Shown here one piece after another: positions 40,481 to 47,309 of a DNA stretch of 47,309 nt. Every line of letters starts with the position of its first letter. The stretch's first letter is position 1. Source of the DNA: an uncultured Thermoplasmatales archaeon (GTDB lineage Archaea > Thermoplasmatota > E2 > DHVEG-1); the NCBI GenBank assembly GCA_964473335.1, contig CAYYOO010000001.1:14436-61744 (forward strand), in the 5' to 3' direction. Both the position numbers and the translations under genes were made by a program. The notes under the pieces are model-generated. The model made no database searches and had not been told where the DNA came from. It was given only the letters and a program-made list of their open reading frames with translations.

Positions 40481-41446
40481 ATGACAGAAGAAAAAATAGT
40501 GGAAGATATGGGGAATTTGGATTCACTCAGAAAAAAATTAATGACTGTTACAGATGAAATTGATAATATTAAGCAGTCTTTTTCTAAAAGTACACAAGAC
40601 CTAGAAAGGATACAAAACATGCTTCATGTTGAAAATATTGATGAGATAAATGGGGTTCTTGAGCATTTTGAAGATAAGATTCAAAAAGCAGAAAGGCAAA
40701 AAATGGAAGCGTCTGAAGGCGCAAAAAAGTATAGTGCCGAACTAGAAAAAGAAAAAGAAAGACTGGTAAAACTCTGGGACGCCTATAAAAATCAAGAAGA
40801 AGAACTAAGCACAACAGAGAAAAAAGTAGCAGAATACGAAGAAAAATTAAAAAACATGGAAGCATCAAAAAAACAACTTGAAGAAGACCTTACAGCTAGA
40901 ATTAGCACCTTGAATCAGAAGCTTGAAGAAAATAAAGATAAAGCTCAAGAATTTGACCAATACCAACAGCAAATTGATGAATCAAAAAAAGTAAGAGAAA
41001 ATCTTGAAGCGCAATTACAAGAACTTAGAAATTTAAATGATGAAAAGAACAATCAAATAGAGCAATTAAATGAAAAATTAGATCAATACAGTCAAATGGA
41101 AGATTATAAAGAATACAAAGAAAAATATGAACAGATAAATGCAGAATATGAAAAAGAAAAAGAACGTTTGACTAAATTATATCAATTATATGAAGATACT
41201 GATAACGAATGCAAAAAATTACAAAAAGAAAACAAAGAATGGGAAAACTGGTATCAAAACAAAAAAGACATGTTTGATAGATTATTTACCCAAACCCCAC
41301 CAGTAGCAGGTGTAAACCCAAATGAAACTTCTTATGAAAATGATCCAAACACAAATGACATAGACGTTGAAAAACCAATGGATAACAATCCTCAAGATAA
41401 TAAACCAGAAAAGAAGAAAAAGAAATTAAGATTTGGTAGAAAATAA
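40481..41446 (+). CDS. Long coiled-coil protein with a basic C-terminal tail
   Basis: About 260 aa of heptad-like E/K/Q-rich sequence, then a Pro/Asn-rich linker and KKKKKLRFGRK. GGGAGG SD upstream of the ATG at 40481. Confidence 0.5.
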   Translation: MTEEKIVEDMGNLDSLRKKLMTVTDEIDNIKQSFSKSTQDLERIQNMLHVENIDEINGVLEHFEDKIQKAERQKMEASEGAKKYSAELEKEKERLVKLWDAYKNQEEELSTTEKKVAEYEEKLKNMEASKKQLEEDLTARISTLNQKLEENKDKAQEFDQYQQQIDESKKVRENLEAQLQELRNLNDEKNNQIEQLNEKLDQYSQMEDYKEYKEKYEQINAEYEKEKERLTKLYQLYEDTDNECKKLQKENKEWENWYQNKKDMFDRLFTQTPPVAGVNPNETSYENDPNTNDIDVEKPMDNNPQDNKPEKKKKKLRFGRK

Positions 41447-41450
41447 ACAA

Positions 41451-43556
41451 TTATTCGATCTTTAAACTACTAGCCCCATCTTCTTTTTCTGTCACTTGTA
41501 TTATATTTTCTACATAGTTTTTTATTTCATCAACATGGGTGATAATAAAAATTTGTCTGAACTTTGATGAAAGAGCGTTTAATGCTTTCATAATATTTTG
41601 ACGGCGTATATTATCCTGAGATCCGAATATCTCATCAAGAATTATAAAATTGAAAATTCCACCAGCACGTTCTGTTATAAATTCTGAGATTGACAAACGT
41701 AAACAAAGATTCGCTAGATCCTCTTCACCACCAGAGAATCTTTCTATTCCAAAGCTTTCTCCATCATCATAGATAAGGACATTATAGTTCTCATCAAGCT
41801 CGATTTCACTATATTTTCCATCAGTTAGTCTTCTGTAAAAATCAGATGCATAAGACGAAAGAGTAGGACGTATCCTTGATATTAAATAAGTTCTAAAATC
41901 ACTCATGATATTAGATAGCAGTCCGAGATATTTCAATGCATTTTTTTCTTGTTTTATTTTCTCTTTTGAATCTTTTAAAGTGTTTATCTTCTCTTTAATG
42001 GTTGAGATATTTTGATTTATTAGTTTTTTTTCACCCTGTTTTTTCTCAATTGCTACGGCAAGATTAGAAAGTTCATCTTTTTTATTATTAAAAGATTCTA
42101 AAATTTCCTGATAATTGTTGTAAGCTTTTTCTACTTTTTTCTTAATTGACTCAAATTCTTTTATATCAAAATCGATTTTTCCAATGTCATCAAGTATCTT
42201 TTTTTTATTTTCATAATCGTTTTTTTCTTTTCTGATTTCTGAATTTATATGATCTAACGTGCTTTCGATTTTATCTTTTTTTCTTAGTTCTGATTGCAGA
42301 TAGTTTCTCTTCTTTTTTAATGCCTCTTTCTCACGATTGATTCGTTCTTTTTCTTTTTTAATTGATTCGTTTTCTTCTTTATAATTTTCTTTTTGTTTTT
42401 GTTTTTCATTTAAGTCTTTGTCAAATTTATCTAAAAGTACGTTATATTGACCAGATAAAACCCTTTCGCAAGTTGGACATTTTGCATCAGGACCGATTTC
42501 TTCTATTTTTTTTCTTTTCTCTTTTGATTCTTCAATATCTTTATCTATTCTATCTGAAAAAGCATTATTTTTTTCAATTTTTTTTACAAGTTTTTCTAAA
42601 TGATTGTTTATATCTTCAAGGCGCATCTCAACAGATTTAAAATCATGTTCAACTTTTTCAAAATCTTTTAATTTCTTTTTCTCAGTATCTATGTTTTCCT
42701 TTCTTTTATTTATTTTTTCTTTTAGTTTCTCGATTTCATTTTCTAGCTTTTTTTTATTGTCAAAAAGAGTTTTTTTATCATTTAGTTCTTCTCTAGTTTT
42801 GTTTAATTTTTCATATTCTTTTTTACTATTTTTGTATTTTTTCTCAGTTTCAATTTTTCCTTCTTTAAGTTTTTTTATTTTTTTCTCTTCATTTTCAATG
42901 ATTTTTTCTAGTTCCTTTTTTTCTTTTTCTTTATTTTTTAAATCATGTTCAAAAATCACTTTTTTATCATTACCGTTTTTATCAGTTAGATCTTCATTTA
43001 ATCGTTCAATATAGCTTTCTTTAGTTTTTTTATCTGATCTAATTTCTTTTATGATTTCATCAAGTGAGTCTATTCCAAGCATTCTTAGAATAAGTGGTCT
43101 TCTTTCACTTGCATTCATAGATGATAGTGTGTTTAGCTCTTTTTGTCTTGCAAAGATACTTGTGAAAAAAGATTTAAAATCCATTCCTAGTTTTTTCCTT
43201 ATAAAACGTGTTACACTTTCTGTACTTGTGGCTGCTACTTTTCCATTTACTGTTGCTGTTGCTTGAGATGTAAAGTTTTTTCCTCTCATCTCTCTTACTA
43301 CGCGGATATTATCTTCTTCAAATACAAACTCTATTTCTACTCTACATGTTTCACTAGTTTCAGCACCTTGGCGTTTTATTTCTTCAGAGGATGTTCTTGC
43401 TGCAACTGGCCCATATAAAACCCATGCTATTGCTTCAAATATTGTTGATTTTCCTACTCCATTAAGTCCTACTACACCTGTTACTCCATCTGGAAAATCA
43501 ATTGTTGTATTTTTGAATTTTCTAAAGTTTTTTAGAGTAAGTGTTTTCAAAAGCAT
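41451..43556 (-). CDS. rad50: DNA double-strand break repair ATPase Rad50
   Basis: Walker A is GLNGVGKST, zinc hook is CPTC in the middle of the coiled coil, signature is FSGGEED, Walker B is FIILDE, H-loop is ITHV. 701 aa. Confidence 0.9.
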   Translation of the reverse strand: MLLKTLTLKNFRKFKNTTIDFPDGVTGVVGLNGVGKSTIFEAIAWVLYGPVAARTSSEEIKRQGAETSETCRVEIEFVFEEDNIRVVREMRGKNFTSQATATVNGKVAATSTESVTRFIRKKLGMDFKSFFTSIFARQKELNTLSSMNASERRPLILRMLGIDSLDEIIKEIRSDKKTKESYIERLNEDLTDKNGNDKKVIFEHDLKNKEKEKKELEKIIENEEKKIKKLKEGKIETEKKYKNSKKEYEKLNKTREELNDKKTLFDNKKKLENEIEKLKEKINKRKENIDTEKKKLKDFEKVEHDFKSVEMRLEDINNHLEKLVKKIEKNNAFSDRIDKDIEESKEKRKKIEEIGPDAKCPTCERVLSGQYNVLLDKFDKDLNEKQKQKENYKEENESIKKEKERINREKEALKKKRNYLQSELRKKDKIESTLDHINSEIRKEKNDYENKKKILDDIGKIDFDIKEFESIKKKVEKAYNNYQEILESFNNKKDELSNLAVAIEKKQGEKKLINQNISTIKEKINTLKDSKEKIKQEKNALKYLGLLSNIMSDFRTYLISRIRPTLSSYASDFYRRLTDGKYSEIELDENYNVLIYDDGESFGIERFSGGEEDLANLCLRLSISEFITERAGGIFNFIILDEIFGSQDNIRRQNIMKALNALSSKFRQIFIITHVDEIKNYVENIIQVTEKEDGASSLKIE

Positions 43557-44698
43557 TATTTACCTTCTTTTTTTGCCTCTACCTTTTCAATATATCCTAT
43601 ACCCATATCTGTTAGGGTTTTTTTATCTTCAATTTCCTGGGATTCTAAAAAGGTTGTAAATTCATTTACAAGTGCATCTATCTTTGAGCTTGCGTAATTT
43701 TGTTTTTCGGGATTTTTGTCTTTGACTTTTACTTTTAGTTCGTAGTGCAGTGCATCACTAAATTCTTTTTTTATTGAACTGAAATCCAGGTTTCTAAAGA
43801 TATTTTGTGATATATCATCAAGGGTGATTCTTACTGTTTTTTCTTTTGGATCGATTTTTTTGATTTCTTTTTTTATTTTTTTCATTATTTGATCTATTTT
43901 TAATTCTGAACATTTTATTGGTTTTGAATCTATCATGGGTCTAGTTTCAATTTCAATGAATTTGTGTTTTAGACCTTCCTTTGTCAAATTGATTTTTAAA
44001 AATCCTTTTTTTTCTTCTGCTTCGGCAAATGTGAGTCTTTCAATTGATCCACTATAAAATGAATTATCTGCAAGTTTTGAGTGTCTATGAAAGTGCCCTA
44101 GTCCGATATAATCAAAATCACGAGATAGGATCCTAGCTGGTATTACTAGTTCATTAAACTCGTTCATTGTAAATTCCTGCATGCCTGTTACTGATCCATG
44201 TGCAATAAATATATTGTAATCGCTGTTTTTTTCTTTTTTTAGTTTTTTTAGTTCTTTATCAAATAGTTGTTTTGAGTTACATTGTGGAATTGCATGTATT
44301 GTAACTTTTTTGTTATCGATTTTAAAATCTAATTTTTCATATTTTTCATCATATATAGGATAAATATTTTTGATATGATCAAATATGCTAAAAATATGGC
44401 CAGTTTCCTTTAGTTTGGGATGTTCATGGTTTCCAGATATCATTACAACCGGGATATTTTCTTCTGAAAGTCTTACGAATTGTTTTATTGCAAATGTTAT
44501 AGCCCTGTTGTTTGGTCTTACTGAATCAAATAGATCACCAGCATGCAAAATAAGATCAGGTTTTTCTTTTATAACATAATCTACAAATTTTTCAAATGCA
44601 TTATAGACATCGATTTCTCTTTGGTTTATCCCTTCTTTGTTTGCTTTTCTATATGCTGCAAAACCAAGATGAGTATCTGCAGTATGTAAAATCTTCAT
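43556..44698 (-). CDS. mre11: DNA double-strand break repair nuclease Mre11
   Basis: Motifs MKILHTADTHLG, HAGDLFD, GNHE and GHFH. ATG at 44698 is preferred over the track's TTG at 44707. The stop overlaps the rad50 start (TAATG). Confidence 0.9.
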   Translation of the reverse strand: MKILHTADTHLGFAAYRKANKEGINQREIDVYNAFEKFVDYVIKEKPDLILHAGDLFDSVRPNNRAITFAIKQFVRLSEENIPVVMISGNHEHPKLKETGHIFSIFDHIKNIYPIYDEKYEKLDFKIDNKKVTIHAIPQCNSKQLFDKELKKLKKEKNSDYNIFIAHGSVTGMQEFTMNEFNELVIPARILSRDFDYIGLGHFHRHSKLADNSFYSGSIERLTFAEAEEKKGFLKINLTKEGLKHKFIEIETRPMIDSKPIKCSELKIDQIMKKIKKEIKKIDPKEKTVRITLDDISQNIFRNLDFSSIKKEFSDALHYELKVKVKDKNPEKQNYASSKIDALVNEFTTFLESQEIEDKKTLTDMGIGYIEKVEAKKEGK

Positions 44699-44711
44699 AT
44701 TTTTCAAAAAC

Positions 44712-46133
44712 CTATTTATTTTTCTTTCTCGAAAGTTTCATATCAAGTATATCACAGACTATGGTATCAGCTTCAAGTGTTGGAGCTACTGGTGGTGCGT
44801 ATGCTGTTTCAAGTTTTTTAAAATCATTTACAGTGAGGCTTCCTAAAATTGCTGCAGCATAAGTGTTTATTCTCTTTGCTGCTTTATTTCCTATAGCTTG
44901 AGCGCCAATTATTTTTTCACTAGTTATATCAGCTGTAACTTTTATTGTAATTGGTTTTCCACCTGGATAATAATCAGGAAGTGACTTGCCATTATATTTT
45001 GAGCTGACAATCTTTTCTTTTTCAATACAATTTTCATTTGCACCGACTGCTGCTACTTCGACATCAAAAAAATCTGATGTACAGGTATTTAGAAATCCAT
45101 GAAATAACTTGTATTCTCCACCAGAGCTATTTACTCCAGCTGCAATTGCCTGTCTTACTACAATACTTCCAAGACCAACACATATATTTCTTTTCGTAAC
45201 AAAGTCATAGTATTCAGTACAATCACCAACCGCATACACATCATCGATGTTTGTCTGAGACTTATTATCAACTATTATTCCACCAGTTTTTCCAATCTTG
45301 CAACCAAGTTTTTCAGCAAGACCTATATTTGCTTCTGTACCAGTTGCAATTATTAATAGATCAGTACTAATTTCTTTTTCTTCATCTGTTTCTTTGTTTT
45401 TTATTAAAACAGATTTAATTTTACCTTTTTCTTTTTTTATTTCAGAAGCAAGATGATCGGTGTAAATATCAATATCATCTGGAAATTTTTTTGCAACCAT
45501 TTTTGCCATATCTGGATCAAAAACATTTGCAAGAATATCAGATAGAGCCTCGACAATTGTAATCTTCATGCCCATTTTATATAAGTTATCAGCCATCTCA
45601 AGACCGATAAAACCAGCTCCAACAATTGTAGCATTTCCTTTTTTCTTAACTAAAGATTTTATCCTTTTAGCATCATCAATTGTTCTTACTACACTTATAC
45701 CTTCAACAAGATCATTACCATCTTTTATGTTTTTTATTGGTGGAATAAAAGGCTCTGAACCTGTACAAATAATTAAAGAGTCATATTCTTTTTTTATCTC
45801 TCCATCTTTGTTTTCAGCTATTATAATTTTTTTTCCTTTGTCTATTTTTTTAACAGTTGTATTTAAGAATAAATCGATCTTTGATTTTTTAAAAAAATCT
45901 TCATCAAACTCTATTAAATCCATAAGTTCTGGTATTTCACCAGATATTGCATAAGGTAGACCACATTTTGAATACTCAGGATATTTACCTTTTTCAAATA
46001 TAGTTATCTCTGCTTTTCTATTGGTTTTTCTTGCAAACTGTGCAGCAGTTGCGCCTCCTGCACCACAGCCAATTATTACTATTTTTTTTGTTTCAGTCAA
46101 AATGGTCCCCGTTTCCCCAAACATATAAGCCAA
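44712..46133 (-). CDS. Pyridine nucleotide-disulfide oxidoreductase, CoA-disulfide reductase / NADH oxidase family (single redox Cys)
   Basis: FAD-binding motif IIGCGAGGATAA, redox Cys in YSKCGLPY, NAD(P)-binding motif IVGAGFIGLE, and AVGDC. Confidence 0.8.
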   Translation of the reverse strand: MAYMFGETGTILTETKKIVIIGCGAGGATAAQFARKTNRKAEITIFEKGKYPEYSKCGLPYAISGEIPELMDLIEFDEDFFKKSKIDLFLNTTVKKIDKGKKIIIAENKDGEIKKEYDSLIICTGSEPFIPPIKNIKDGNDLVEGISVVRTIDDAKRIKSLVKKKGNATIVGAGFIGLEMADNLYKMGMKITIVEALSDILANVFDPDMAKMVAKKFPDDIDIYTDHLASEIKKEKGKIKSVLIKNKETDEEKEISTDLLIIATGTEANIGLAEKLGCKIGKTGGIIVDNKSQTNIDDVYAVGDCTEYYDFVTKRNICVGLGSIVVRQAIAAGVNSSGGEYKLFHGFLNTCTSDFFDVEVAAVGANENCIEKEKIVSSKYNGKSLPDYYPGGKPITIKVTADITSEKIIGAQAIGNKAAKRINTYAAAILGSLTVNDFKKLETAYAPPVAPTLEADTIVCDILDMKLSRKKNK

Positions 46134-46303
46134 TTTAATGTTTTTCTTTTCTACATTTAATCCCTTAAAAAAATATTTATTGATAATTTCACAAAATATA
46201 ATAAATTAGGCTATCAGTAAACCATCTTAACCTATAATAGCAGAATGTAGTAAAAATTACTTTAAACAAATATGAATTTTTATAAAATAATAAAAAAGAG
46301 GTT

Positions 46304-47239
46304 TTACTCTTTTTTTGCTGTTTTCTTTTTTGTTGTGGTTTTCTTCTTTGCCGCTTTTTTCTTTTTAGTAGTTGCCTTCTTTTTTGTTGCAGTCTTTTTA
46401 GTTGTTGTTTTTTTGGCTTTTGTCTTTTTTTCTTTCTTCTTTGTTTTTTCTTCTTTTTTATCCTTTGATTCCTTGTCTTCTTTTTCTACTTTAGCTTCTT
46501 CTTTTGGTTCTTCTGGTTTGTCTTTGCTTTCATCTTTCTTTTCTTCTTTTTCTTTTTTGTCTTTTTTAGTTTTATCAGCTTTTTCCTCGGTTTCCTTTGG
46601 TTTTTCTTCGGTCTTCTTTGGTTTTTCTTCTTTTATTTCTCTTGTAGGTTGGGAGTTTACCTGTGTTTTAAAGATTTCTACTCTTTTAACTGGATATAGT
46701 TTCTTACAATTTTTATATATCTCGCTACCTAATTTTCCCTCAATTATTATTTTTATAAACTCTGAAAGTGTAGATGTCTTAGCTCTTTTTTGTATTGTTT
46801 TTTTCATTGATTCTCTAACTACACGTTTTTGTGAATTTTGAATTCTTTTATCTGTTGTAGCAAAGGGTTTAACTCTAATTTTTGCCCCATCACGGGTTTG
46901 TACATCATATACTCCTTCAATCTTTGATCTTCTGCGTCTTATCATTCTTCTAAGATAATCTGATGTTAAGGAGTGGCCTACAAATTGAGTGTGAGCATTA
47001 TCATCCTTTAATTCATGGATTTTAAAATATAATAAAATATGAGATTTTCTAAAATCATTTGTCAGATCCTGCATTGTGATCTCTGTTACTCTATCAATTA
47101 GTAGATCTGGATTACTTGTTAGAGTCTCAGCTATTGTTGCATTATCAAAAGATGCAGGTGCTAGTATATTAAACCATTTTTTTGCTTTCCATCGATCTTT
47201 GATCTTTCTTGCTTGTGTTCGACTTCTTGCTTTTGCCAT
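46304..47239 (-). CDS. rps3ae: 30S ribosomal protein S3Ae (eS1) with a ~110-aa Lys/Glu/Thr-rich C-terminal extension
   Basis: Motifs KDRWKAKKWFNILAP, RVTEITMQDLT and RRMIRRRRSKI are typical of S3Ae. ATG at 47239 is preferred over GTG at 47248. The tail starts at about residue 200. Confidence 0.85.
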   Translation of the reverse strand: MAKARSRTQARKIKDRWKAKKWFNILAPASFDNATIAETLTSNPDLLIDRVTEITMQDLTNDFRKSHILLYFKIHELKDDNAHTQFVGHSLTSDYLRRMIRRRRSKIEGVYDVQTRDGAKIRVKPFATTDKRIQNSQKRVVRESMKKTIQKRAKTSTLSEFIKIIIEGKLGSEIYKNCKKLYPVKRVEIFKTQVNSQPTREIKEEKPKKTEEKPKETEEKADKTKKDKKEKEEKKDESKDKPEEPKEEAKVEKEDKESKDKKEEKTKKKEKKTKAKKTTTKKTATKKKATTKKKKAAKKKTTTKKKTAKKE

Positions 47240-47309
47240 TTTTACCACTTATATTATATTTAATTTATTAAATCAGTTTTTTGCGTAATACAATACTTAT
47301 ACTTAAATT

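Noticed and set aside
42362-43266. Three + strand ORFs (92, 136 and 71 aa) rich in F/S/L
   Set aside because: They are antisense translations of the K/E-rich Rad50 coiled coil, a classic low-complexity mirror artefact.
46272-46841. 189-aa + strand ORF (F/S/V-rich, apparently membrane-like)
   Set aside because: Antisense to the Lys-rich tail of S3Ae. Its apparent hydrophobicity is the mirror image of AAG/AAA/GAA codons.

Overview
Visibly AT-rich archaeal chromosomal window (GC not computed). The core gene set is euryarchaeal in type: gyrB-gyrA, mre11-rad50, prefoldin beta, ribosomal proteins S17e and S3Ae, purS-purL, a ribB-ribL-ribC-ribH riboflavin/FAD operon with the archaea-specific enzymes, UPP synthase, an EndoQ-like PHP nuclease, a CoADR/NADH-oxidase-type flavoprotein and two tRNA genes. 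Many genes are preceded by GGAGG-like Shine-Dalgarno motifs, and several are coupled by ATGA/TTGA overlaps. Between the housekeeping blocks lie accessory regions. (1) A roughly 3 kb cassette is bounded by a perfect 23-nt direct repeat that looks like the 3' end of a tRNA. (2) A polyprenyl-phosphate-sugar glycosylation module (WecB, GT2, two small DMT flippase-like proteins, GT-C transferase) is interrupted by a GT2 gene remnant and a GC-rich cluster of four hairpins. (3) A secretome island carries two gingipain (C25)-like cysteine peptidases, a PHP/DUF3604-like exo-hydrolase and polytopic membrane proteins. (4) An uncharacterised three-gene module encodes a Zn-ribbon protein, a DUF2073-like protein and a small GTPase. 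Features the ORF track cannot show: an initiator tRNA with a non-canonical intron at the acceptor/D-arm junction, a canonical-looking C/D box sRNA, an edge-truncated CDS (1..716), a 51-aa SD-preceded CDS, and a ribB 5' end with no in-frame start codon. I saw no CRISPR array, rRNA, transposase or integrase. All family assignments come from motif recognition by eye, not from database searches.
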